Of a DNA stretch of 32,000 nucleotides, positions 9,618-18,218 are shown in pieces (the stretch's first letter is position 1; each line of letters begins with the position of its first letter). Below the pieces are notes generated by a model that searched no databases, was not told the origin of the DNA, and saw only the letters and a program-made list of their open reading frames with translations. The DNA comes from a virus. A program made the translations under genes and the position numbers. Location of the stretch: positions 1 to 32,000 of IMG/VR virus record IMGVR_UViG_3300045988_184159. One strand, given 5' to 3'.

Positions 9618-10319
9618 ATGCGAAGTCATTTGAGAGCTGAACCTATCATAAACGCTAAAAGAGATACTCCCTATAACATGAAAACGCAAAAAGAAATTGG
9701 ATTATTAGGAGAAAAGGTTTGTAGGAACTTCCTCATAGATTGCTGCGCTAAGCACCGTTTTGGCTTCGTACGATTTGAAGATGTTCGAGATGTCAAAATG
9801 TATCAAGAAAGAGACATTGACTTTATTGTTTACACTTCAAGCGGGAAAACAATAACACTTGATGCCAAAGCGGATACATATACAACAGGAAATATTTTTC
9901 TCGAAATTTATGTTCCGGGTTTTAAGCTTGGGAAAAACGGCGTTCCTATCGCAAAGTATACAGAAAATGGAGAACGAGCCGGACAAAAACCCGGTTGGCT
10001 GTTTCGAGGAGCAGACTTTATTTTCTATTGTTTTTTAAACACAAAAGAAATCTTTGTTTTTGACAGGGAATGTGCGGCGTATTATGCTTGCGAATGTGCA
10101 ATATCGGGAATGCCGCTGATTCCCATATATAGAACAGCAAAAAACGATGAAAACCGTGGAGATAACCGCAATTACTATGGCATGGGAATTTGTCCAAACG
10201 CCTTGCGAATGATGAACAGCAATATTATGAGAAATCATATGTGGCTGTGCCATTTCCAAAAAGGGCCTTATTATAATCCTTACACGAAAACTTATGACCA
10301 TCCGAAAAAATCCGCCTGA
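9618..10319 (+). CDS. Possible PD-(D/E)XK nuclease-fold protein
   Basis: GEKVCRNFL ... ERDIDFIVYTSSGKTITLDAKADT resembles D-x(n)-DxK core; start could also be 9678. Confidence 0.45.
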   Translation: MRSHLRAEPIINAKRDTPYNMKTQKEIGLLGEKVCRNFLIDCCAKHRFGFVRFEDVRDVKMYQERDIDFIVYTSSGKTITLDAKADTYTTGNIFLEIYVPGFKLGKNGVPIAKYTENGERAGQKPGWLFRGADFIFYCFLNTKEIFVFDRECAAYYACECAISGMPLIPIYRTAKNDENRGDNRNYYGMGICPNALRMMNSNIMRNHMWLCHFQKGPYYNPYTKTYDHPKKSA

Positions 10320-10411
10320 GAATGTGAATTTTTCGCAAACAATTGCCTCATAAGCTACAAAAAAGTGTTATAGATTTGGTATAATATAGATAGGAAACGG
10401 AGGGAATTATT

Positions 10412-10819
10412 GTGAATCAAATCAACGCTGTAACGCTTGGAAAGCTCATTGCTGCACACCGTGAAGGCGACGAGCAGAAGTTCAAAACCTATGTTGATTT
10501 TATCGCCAAAGCCTATGAAGAACAGGGAAACGACCGTGCCGCTAACATCATCCTCAGCAACTATACGGGTGATTATGGCGAGCAGGGGAAGGTCGTTCTG
10601 GATGAACCAACCGAACAGACTACATACTACGAGACAGGCTGGTATGAGCCTGATGTTTTGGGGTCCGGTGGCTCCTTTCGCGGAGTTACAAAAGCAACTT
10701 CCGAGGAAGAAGCATTGCAACGGCTGCTGAAACACTCTGCCGACTATGCACATCGTATCACCGTATATAAGAAAGACGGCAAAATCGTAAAGCGGGAAAT
10801 TTCCGAGTATGACCAGTGA
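10412..10819 (+). CDS. Hypothetical protein
   Basis: ORF with GGAGGGAATT upstream of GTG. Confidence 0.75.
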   Translation: MNQINAVTLGKLIAAHREGDEQKFKTYVDFIAKAYEEQGNDRAANIILSNYTGDYGEQGKVVLDEPTEQTTYYETGWYEPDVLGSGGSFRGVTKATSEEEALQRLLKHSADYAHRITVYKKDGKIVKREISEYDQ

Positions 10820-11165
10820 ACAACCCCGCCTAAACCGGCTCGCCGGTTATAGACGGGGCTTGCGGGGCAACTCGTAAGCCCGGTTGATTAGCCTTGGTGA
10901 ACGGCAACTTCGGTTGCTGCGAACTCCGTTATGCATTTGATGAGCAATCATCTTCATAATATAGGCACCCCGATTATGCTCCACAAGTGTCGGGCTCTGC
11001 GGGCAGTGTATGTATCAATGACGCAAGCCATTGATATGTATTACGTTAAAAATCTCTAAGGGTAGGAGATGTGCGGCTGCCATGTCGAAAGGCTAAAACA
11101 GTGCATAACATTGGCGAAGTGGACCACAGGGCGCAAGCCCTGACTTATAGTTCATTACTATTTAA
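10820..11165 (+). ncRNA. Probable IscB-associated omega RNA (HEARO-type)
   Basis: ~340 nt non-coding interval directly 5' of iscB on the same strand, full of hairpins (CCCCGCCTA..TATAGACGGGG; GCAACTTCGGTTGC; CCCGA..TCGGG; ATCAATG..CATTGAT; AGGGCGCAAGCCCT). Confidence 0.7.
10823..10858 (+). repeat. Left member of hairpin pair flanking iscB
   Basis: CCCCGCCTAAACCGGCTCGCCGGTTATAGACGGGG; same architecture as 12658-12690. Confidence 0.7.
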
Positions 11166-11182
11166 CGAAAGGAGTATCTTGC

Positions 11183-12580
11183 ATGAACACTTGCGTTTGT
11201 GTTCTCGGTAATAACGGTGAACGCTTAATGCCTACCTTCCGTCTTGGCAAGGTACGCCGACTCTTGAAAGACGGAAAAGCAAAAATCGTTAAGCATCATC
11301 CTTTTACCATCCAGCTGCTGTATGACAGCAAAACAAACACTCAACCCATCGAAATCTGCGAAGATGTGGGCTACAACTACATCGGCATCAGCGTAAAAAG
11401 CAAATCTCACGAATATGTATCTGCTCAGTATGATACATTGCAGGATGAGAAGGAACATCACGATGACTGCCGTATGCACCGTCGTACACGCAGAAATAGA
11501 TTGCGCTACCGTAAACCGCGCTTCGATAACCGCAAACGCGGCGAAGGTTGGCTTGCTCCTTCTTTGATGCATAAGAAAGAACTCAATGTCAACGTTGTCA
11601 AGATGTATTGTGCAGTAATGTCCATTACTCATGCAACGGTTGAGGTTGGCTCTTTCGATACGATGCTTGTGAAAGCAATTCAGGAAGGAAAAGTCATTCC
11701 TGAGGGAGCAGACTATCAAAAAGGTCCTCGCTACAATTTGGCAACCTTGCGGGAAGCAGTATTTTACCGCGATAACTATGTCTGTAAAATTTGTGGGCGT
11801 AAAGCTACAGAAGGTGCGATTTTACATATGCACCATATGTTCTACTGGAAAGGTCGTCACGGCAACAGCCTGGACGAACTTCTAACGGTATGCGAAAAGT
11901 GCCATACGCCTGCCAATCACCAAAAAGGTGGTAAGCTTTATGGTTTCGGAGAAGATGTAAAGTTCGCCGACCTTTCCGGTGCGGCTTTCATGAACACCGT
12001 TAGGTGGCAAATCGTCAATGAACTCTACGTTGCTTTTGGCAAGCCATTTGTTACAATCACTTACGGCGCAATGACAAAAGAAAAGCGTATCGCGCTTCAG
12101 CTTGAAAAAAGCCATAACAATGATGCATATGCAATGGGTGAATTTCATCCAAATCTCCGTTGTATGTTTGAGCACTATGAAAAGGCAAGGCGTAACAACC
12201 GTATCCTTGAAAAGTTTTATGATTCTCGCTACATTGACATTCGTACAGGAGAGATAGCCACCGGAAAAGAACTCTTCAACGGTAGAATTAACCGTAACCA
12301 CAAAAAGGATTCGGAAAATCTGCACAAATACCGTGGCAAGAGGACATACGCAGGGCATCGTGCTCTGTTACGCAAAAAGGTGAATCTCAATCCGGGTGAT
12401 TTAGTCTCTCTCAACGGAGAAAATCTCATTGTGCATAGCACTCATACCAAAAAGAATGGTGCTGTAAATGTAGAGTTCGAGACACCCGCAAAAAGCGGTC
12501 AAAAATCCGCAAGCCTTAAAAAGCTTAAAATTGTAAAAGCAGCAAATTCCATACATCCCGCATGGAAAAAAATATCTTAA
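11183..12580 (+). CDS. iscB: IscB-type RNA-guided nuclease (RuvC split by HNH)
   Basis: N-terminal RLMPTFRLGKVRRLLKDGKAKIVKHHPFTIQL; RuvC-I EDVGYNYIGIS (D61); arginine-rich RRTRRNRLRYRKPRFDNR; RuvC-II VEVGSFDT (E154); HNH CKIC..HMHHMFYWKGRHGNSLDELLTVCEKCH; RuvC-III HNNDAYAMG (D314). Confidence 0.95.
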   Translation: MNTCVCVLGNNGERLMPTFRLGKVRRLLKDGKAKIVKHHPFTIQLLYDSKTNTQPIEICEDVGYNYIGISVKSKSHEYVSAQYDTLQDEKEHHDDCRMHRRTRRNRLRYRKPRFDNRKRGEGWLAPSLMHKKELNVNVVKMYCAVMSITHATVEVGSFDTMLVKAIQEGKVIPEGADYQKGPRYNLATLREAVFYRDNYVCKICGRKATEGAILHMHHMFYWKGRHGNSLDELLTVCEKCHTPANHQKGGKLYGFGEDVKFADLSGAAFMNTVRWQIVNELYVAFGKPFVTITYGAMTKEKRIALQLEKSHNNDAYAMGEFHPNLRCMFEHYEKARRNNRILEKFYDSRYIDIRTGEIATGKELFNGRINRNHKKDSENLHKYRGKRTYAGHRALLRKKVNLNPGDLVSLNGENLIVHSTHTKKNGAVNVEFETPAKSGQKSASLKKLKIVKAANSIHPAWKKIS

Positions 12581-12657
12581 TCATTAAAAGAAAGGAGTAG
12601 CAGGGTATTTGTGCTAACTGAGTACACTTCAAATTGCCTCTTGGTTAGTGCATTCCT

Positions 12658-12690
12658 CACCGCCTAAGTCGCAAGCGACTATAGACGGTG
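12658..12690 (+). repeat. Right member of hairpin pair flanking iscB
   Basis: CACCGCCTAAGTCGCAAGCGACTATAGACGGTG. Confidence 0.7.
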
Positions 12691-12710
12691 TACCCTGCAC
12701 ACATAATTTA

Positions 12711-13391
12711 ATGAAGTGGAATGTATTTTCTCTCGAAGCAGTTGAAACGGCATTAAAACCCAAGTTTGTGTTGGAGAAAGCCCGCTATGTGACGGACGAC
12801 GAAGAGTACGGCGAGGGCGAGTCTACGCGCCTTGTTTTTCGCAATGTAGAAGAGATGCCGGAAATCGACTATATTAAGCGGACCGTCTGCACATTCATTC
12901 AGGACACCTATGTTCATTTTAAGGACAAAAGCCTCAAGCCGATGTGTATTTGGCAGGATAACCTCAATGAAAGCGAGGACCATATCCGTTATTCCACAAA
13001 CAACCTTGTGTCGCCACCGCTGGGACTCATTGGCGAAACATACATTTCTGACGAAAGCCACACACACAAGTGGCTGGTAGCCCAAGGAGGAACTGAACTT
13101 CTTGAGAAAGCGTCCGTCAGCATTGATGTTGATGTGATTTACGCCTATGACAATGTCGATAAGGTTGAGAAAAGTTCCGAAAACGGCGAGGTACATGGCG
13201 TTCTCATCAACAGTACAATGTATCTGCGCGAATCGGAAATCAAACAGGTTGCTCAGCTTATTAAAGATGAAAAGCTCCGTAACCGCGTATTGACGCTGAT
13301 GCGCTCTCATCGCCGTATTGTATCGGCTCCCGAAAAAGAAAATCGCAATATTCGGGAAATCGCATCCGCACAGATGCTGGGTCAGGGGTGA
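12711..13391 (+). CDS. Hypothetical protein
   Basis: Long ORF; ATG 12711 preferred over GTG 12648 because upstream region is structured. Confidence 0.8.
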   Translation: MKWNVFSLEAVETALKPKFVLEKARYVTDDEEYGEGESTRLVFRNVEEMPEIDYIKRTVCTFIQDTYVHFKDKSLKPMCIWQDNLNESEDHIRYSTNNLVSPPLGLIGETYISDESHTHKWLVAQGGTELLEKASVSIDVDVIYAYDNVDKVEKSSENGEVHGVLINSTMYLRESEIKQVAQLIKDEKLRNRVLTLMRSHRRIVSAPEKENRNIREIASAQMLGQG

Positions 13392-13395
13392 AATT

Positions 13396-13863
13396 GTGAA
13401 ACACAAAATCTCAGAAATCGGCGCTCAGATGCTCAAGTACCAAGAACAGCTTGCCCGTGAATACAAATACAAACCCATCCCGCGTACCTTCTTCTCCGAT
13501 GTGAGAGCCAAGTTTCAAAAGGCATTGCCGGAATGGTGCAATGTGTCCGGTGACACGATTTCGCTCGAAACCACCAACGGTACGGTCATTACCAACGGGT
13601 ACAACCGTATCGTGATTGGCGACTACGGCGCATTTGTTGAGTTTTCCCGCGTCCAAGCCTGTATGCGACGCCTCGAAATCAAAGAAGGTCAGGTCTATCG
13701 CGTGGAAAACCCGCGCTATGCCGAGCACGTCAAATATCTCTGGCTCACGGCAGATGATGGTTCGGATGTGAAGGTATACGACCAGAAGCGTCCGGTAGAA
13801 TATGCGGATTATAAGCCGGGGATGCTGTATGTCAGTGTATATGAGGTGTTCCCACACATCTAA
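13396..13863 (+). CDS. Hypothetical protein
   Basis: ORF, GGGG-containing upstream, GTG start. Confidence 0.7.
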   Translation: MKHKISEIGAQMLKYQEQLAREYKYKPIPRTFFSDVRAKFQKALPEWCNVSGDTISLETTNGTVITNGYNRIVIGDYGAFVEFSRVQACMRRLEIKEGQVYRVENPRYAEHVKYLWLTADDGSDVKVYDQKRPVEYADYKPGMLYVSVYEVFPHI

Positions 13864-13953
13864 GAAAATCAAAATAAGAAGTTCTACCCAGTTCAGGGTG
13901 GGCTTTTTATCGAGAGCGCCGCAAAGACTACTGACTCACGGAGGTAACCGACA

Positions 13954-14154
13954 ATGGTAACGTTTATTGATGATGATGATATCGAACTAAAGCCTTGCCC
14001 GTTCTGTGGTTCTACAGCCGGGTTATATGCCAGCTATGAAGGCAGGTATGCAGTGCGGTGCAACTACTGCCGCATCGGAACTGTCCTCATAAAAAACGAA
14101 CAGGACGCGATTGAGTTGTGGAATCACAGAACGGAGGTAACGAACGATAACTAA
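13954..14154 (+). CDS. Lar-like zinc-finger protein (restriction alleviation family)
   Basis: ELKPCPFCGSTAGLYASYEGRYAVRCNYCRIGTVLIKNEQDAIELWNHR. Confidence 0.75.
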   Translation: MVTFIDDDDIELKPCPFCGSTAGLYASYEGRYAVRCNYCRIGTVLIKNEQDAIELWNHRTEVTNDN

Positions 14155-14173
14155 CACAGACAAAGCAATTGCA

Positions 14174-14986
14174 TTGCGCCCATCATACTGGGCAAGCGTA
14201 TCTGGCGGAAAAGATAGCCTGTATATGCTCAATTACATACTGAACAATCTGGACAGATACCCGCTTGACGGCGTGGTTCACTTTGAACTCGAAATCGACT
14301 ACCCGTTTATACATAACGTTATCGACTATATGGAAACGGAGTGCAAGCGAGCGGGCATCCAATTTGTGCGAATCAAGCCGAGGAAAACGTGGGAAGAATT
14401 GTATGATAAATGCGGTTTCCCAACAAGAAAAGTAAGATGGTGTAACGGTCACTATAAACTTGATGCAAAGTGGCAACTATCCGAATGGCTGAACAAAGTC
14501 GGTTTTTATGTAGTAAATTACATAGGCTATTGTGCCGACGAAGAACGCCGTTTCAACAAACGGTTGAGTGCCAAAAAGTTAGAGATATACCCTCTCGCAG
14601 AAAACGGCATTAACGAAGATGTGATTTTGGAATGGGCAAAGACACAGCCTATTTTCAACAGCTACTACAAAACCAACAAGCGCTGCGGTTGTATGTATTG
14701 CCCGATGTCCTCGTTTCTTAACTTTGCCTATCTCTATAAATACTACCCCGAAAATTTCCGGTATATGCTTGAAAAAATGCGGGAAACGGAAGAATTGAGA
14801 GAGAAAGAGCTTGGTAGACCGTTCTCTGTGATTTCATCGAATCCCAAATATAATGCGGATTACTTGGAACACATCGTCAAAACGAAATGGCTCAAAAAGC
14901 TCAACGAAATGGAGATGACCAACAATGACTATGTCGATGCGTATTGCGTCGGTGTGGATGTGGATGGTCACACCACTGTCCACTAG
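14174..14986 (+). CDS. Phosphoadenosine phosphosulfate reductase-family (PP-loop) protein
   Basis: PP-loop SVSGGKDSLYML; CGFPTRKVRWCNGHYK; C-terminal CGCMYCPM. Confidence 0.8.
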   Translation: MRPSYWASVSGGKDSLYMLNYILNNLDRYPLDGVVHFELEIDYPFIHNVIDYMETECKRAGIQFVRIKPRKTWEELYDKCGFPTRKVRWCNGHYKLDAKWQLSEWLNKVGFYVVNYIGYCADEERRFNKRLSAKKLEIYPLAENGINEDVILEWAKTQPIFNSYYKTNKRCGCMYCPMSSFLNFAYLYKYYPENFRYMLEKMRETEELREKELGRPFSVISSNPKYNADYLEHIVKTKWLKKLNEMEMTNNDYVDAYCVGVDVDGHTTVH

Positions 14987-15061
14987 GTTGCATTAAAGAG
15001 TATTGGCAAAAAGGTGTTTTATCGAGTTTAGCTGTGGGGAGAATGTCAATTGGGTGAAAGC

Positions 15062-17299
15062 ATGAGCAGTGAACCAAAAGTAATCACTTCCTTTGAGGAA
15101 GCACCGCAATCGTTGCGCGATAAATGCGATAAAGAAGTTTTGCGAGCTTTTTTTAATGCACACTTCTCAATTACAGAAAAAAGTGTGAATGACGATAAAA
15201 GATTCTATCTCGATGATGGACGCAGAATTAAGGACGATGATATTCTTGTCGCCTACATGAAAGATAGGAAAGTCTGGACAGAACCCGGCGTTGAAATTCG
15301 TACTATAACAGGCGAACTCACAAACAAGTTTGGAGAAAAAAAGCTCAAAGATTTCTTTGCAGCAGGATTTTTCTTAACGAAAAAACGCATTAAAAAGAAC
15401 AAATGGAGATATTATTTGCCGGACGGCAGATGCTTGGATAGTGAAAAGAAACTCGATGACTTTTTACTCGAAAAGCTGCGTCCAGCTTTTGACAAAGAGT
15501 TATGCGACCGCGTGATTGACACGGCAGCCACGGCAATTCCAGGTGTTGACAAAAGCGAGCTGTTCATTTCCGACACAGAAAACGAAAAGGCTGCGTGCCT
15601 TAATGTAAAACTTGACGGCAAAGTCTATAAAGAAGCAATTTTACCGTATGTTTCCTATGAAGGCATCATTAGCTCATCACTTTATAATAACCTTTATTCA
15701 CGCTGCACGGTACTTCATAAGCGCAACATTGAGCGCTTTGAGAAATCTCACGATTTGAAGGCGCTCAAACAAATTGCAGAGTCTATTCTTCTGTCTTTAC
15801 AGGTAGATGAAAAACATATCCTGCTCGGGGATTTCTGCATCACCTCCAACAAAATTACTGACATCAATGTAGGGCTGCAGCAGGAAAGTGCATTGAAGAA
15901 GGCAGTCGTCACCACAACAGTAAAATTTGATAACGGTAGGAAAGCTGTTTTCAGCATCCAAGTAGCTTTTGGAATCAATGATGTTCTTCTGCAAGAACTC
16001 TATAGAAATGATGTTCTGACGCAAGGGGCAAAGGTTGTCTCAGAACAGAGAGACTATTCCGTTACCCCGAACTCTATCTTGCATGACTTTGTCTGTACTT
16101 GCTGCAACAATGCTCATACGGTCAGTAAAACATACAGAAAAGGCAAAATCGTTCTGGACGGCGTACTCAGACAGGTATATAACAGCGTTGACGCCGCTTC
16201 CGCATTACCTGTAAGCAACCTTTTCGTACTTGGGAATGACCCTGCGAAGGATGTTTCCTATTGCGACATTGCAGACCAAATCACCGTAAAAATCACACCG
16301 GATAAAGGCACAGCAGAACAATGCGTTTCACTAACCTATTCTACTGCTGAAGAATTCCTTGACAAAGCGGCGACCGTACTCCTTGAAGATTTCTACGCCG
16401 CAAGCAGCGATGCAAAATGCCATGTCAGATATGACTTAACATTGGATATTTCTAAAAAGGGAAAAGAAAGTCTTCGGTGTGAAGCAAAGCTATTCGACAC
16501 GCAAACGGGTCTTATTATTGCCCAGACCACAAGGTGTCTTGTCAAAAAGTTGAAAGCGGACATTGAGCAAAGCAAAGACCAGATTCCGACCAGCTTCAGC
16601 AATGTTTTTTGGATAAGCAATGCAGAAGACATTTTGATGTATGCAGTTTCCTGTGACCCAGAATGGATTGCAAGTGCTTACAAACAAATACGCGAACGAT
16701 TAGGGCTGCTTGGATATTATTTCTGCAAATTCTTCGCGGCGCAAGACAACCACAGCTATTGTAAGACAGACTTGCTGACAGATTTTTTGCGGGAAGCGAG
16801 TATAGACTTCAAAAAGGCTGCCATCGCGGATAAAATGGAACAATTCCTGCGTACTTATATTCTCTTACCGGAGAGCAAAACTCTTTATCTGTTTTCCGTC
16901 GACTCTGTGCGCAATTATTATGGCAGCTTTGAGACTTACAAACCTGTCAGCAAATACCTCCTATCAGCAGTTGCTGCACAATATGAGGCAGAATCTGTAG
17001 AGCCAACCTTTGAGGATATGGATTATCTACTGAAGGACGCACAGTACGCATTATTTACAGACAGGTGCCAAAATGCCAAGACGGAAGAAGACGCTTTCAC
17101 CATTATTTCTCATCTGGAAAAACAGCCGCAGACTTTCAAAAAATTGCTCTTTGCAAAAGAGTATTTCAAGAATGTATACGCGCTGCTGAATGATACAGAC
17201 AAAATGTTCGCCGATATTGTTATCAGCGACTGTCCCGGCTGTACCAAGCTACTGAAATCTCTCCAGAATTTTGCCGAGGAACAATCAAAGAATGTATAA
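15062..17299 (+). CDS. Large uncharacterised protein, first gene of a MoxR/vWA cassette
   Basis: ~745 aa ORF; two N-terminal repeats (FFNAHFSITEK..RFYLDDGRRIKDDD and FFAAGFFLTKK..RYYLPDGRCLDSEK); overlaps next gene. Confidence 0.85.
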   Translation: MSSEPKVITSFEEAPQSLRDKCDKEVLRAFFNAHFSITEKSVNDDKRFYLDDGRRIKDDDILVAYMKDRKVWTEPGVEIRTITGELTNKFGEKKLKDFFAAGFFLTKKRIKKNKWRYYLPDGRCLDSEKKLDDFLLEKLRPAFDKELCDRVIDTAATAIPGVDKSELFISDTENEKAACLNVKLDGKVYKEAILPYVSYEGIISSSLYNNLYSRCTVLHKRNIERFEKSHDLKALKQIAESILLSLQVDEKHILLGDFCITSNKITDINVGLQQESALKKAVVTTTVKFDNGRKAVFSIQVAFGINDVLLQELYRNDVLTQGAKVVSEQRDYSVTPNSILHDFVCTCCNNAHTVSKTYRKGKIVLDGVLRQVYNSVDAASALPVSNLFVLGNDPAKDVSYCDIADQITVKITPDKGTAEQCVSLTYSTAEEFLDKAATVLLEDFYAASSDAKCHVRYDLTLDISKKGKESLRCEAKLFDTQTGLIIAQTTRCLVKKLKADIEQSKDQIPTSFSNVFWISNAEDILMYAVSCDPEWIASAYKQIRERLGLLGYYFCKFFAAQDNHSYCKTDLLTDFLREASIDFKKAAIADKMEQFLRTYILLPESKTLYLFSVDSVRNYYGSFETYKPVSKYLLSAVAAQYEAESVEPTFEDMDYLLKDAQYALFTDRCQNAKTEEDAFTIISHLEKQPQTFKKLLFAKEYFKNVYALLNDTDKMFADIVISDCPGCTKLLKSLQNFAEEQSKNV

Positions 17300-18218
17300 C
17301 TACACCCCCGATAAAATCATCGCATCCCTTGCCGAAAACAACTATTTTGCTAACCGCAGGATTGCATATGCCGTTCTGAATGTGCTGCGCGACGATGCGT
17401 CACCTCTACTCATAGAAGGTGACCCCGGCGTAGGAAAGACGAGCCTTGCCAAAGCGGTGGCTTCTATGCTGCAGATTCCTCTGATTCGTGTTTCATGCCA
17501 CGAGGGAATTACAGCGGATAAAATTCTTTACGACTATGACTACCAGCGGCAATTGCTGGTGGTGTCTGCCATTCGGGACAAGCTCAACGAAAACCTCCGG
17601 GATTTAAGCGTGAACGAAAGCATCAAAGCTGTTGCGCAAAACACAGAGTTTTATGGTCCGGATTTCTTGTTGAAACGCCCTGTCATCGAAGCTCTCACGA
17701 TGAAGGGTCACAAAGTCCTTCTCATTGACGAAATCGACAAGACTGAGCCGGAAATCGAGCACGCTCTACTCGAAATGCTCTCCGATTTTGCTATTACCAT
17801 TCCGGAATATGGCACGATTCAATGTGCGCCGGAGGATAGACCTATCGTTTTTCTGACCTCCAACAACTATCGCGAACTTTCTCAGCCTATGTTGCGGCGC
17901 TGCTCTTACCTTTACATCGAGCACAAGCCCCTTGCAGAAATCAAGCAAATCATCTGCGCGAATGTCTCTGCCTCTGAGGCGTTTGTGGATAGCGTTGCAC
18001 AGGTCATTGACCGGCTTCAGAGCCTCGACCTGCGTCACGCCATCTCCATCAGTGAAGGCATCGAATGGGCAAAGTGCTTGATTGAGACATTCCATTGTAA
18101 AACGGCTATGGATGTGAAGAACGCAATGCCATATTCTATCGGTTCCCTCGTCAAAGACCACGCAGATGAGAAAACGGTAGCAAAAGCCTTCAACCTGTCC
18201 AACGGGAATGAGAAATGA
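17292..18218 (+). CDS. MoxR-like AAA+ ATPase
   Basis: Walker A EGDPGVGKTSLAK, Walker B KVLLIDEIDKTEPEIEHALLEMLSD, FLTSNNYRELSQPMLRRC. Confidence 0.9.
   Translation: MYNYTPDKIIASLAENNYFANRRIAYAVLNVLRDDASPLLIEGDPGVGKTSLAKAVASMLQIPLIRVSCHEGITADKILYDYDYQRQLLVVSAIRDKLNENLRDLSVNESIKAVAQNTEFYGPDFLLKRPVIEALTMKGHKVLLIDEIDKTEPEIEHALLEMLSDFAITIPEYGTIQCAPEDRPIVFLTSNNYRELSQPMLRRCSYLYIEHKPLAEIKQIICANVSASEAFVDSVAQVIDRLQSLDLRHAISISEGIEWAKCLIETFHCKTAMDVKNAMPYSIGSLVKDHADEKTVAKAFNLSNGNEK

Noticed and set aside
11225-12441. Minus-strand ORFs inside iscB (11225-11719, 11882-12358, 12229-12441)
   Set aside because: Antisense shadows of a gene with clear motif-level homology on the + strand.
12648-12710. GTG start at 12648 for the gene after iscB
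   Set aside because: The 12648-12710 interval forms a highly paired structure matching the hairpin upstream of iscB; ATG 12711 is more plausible.
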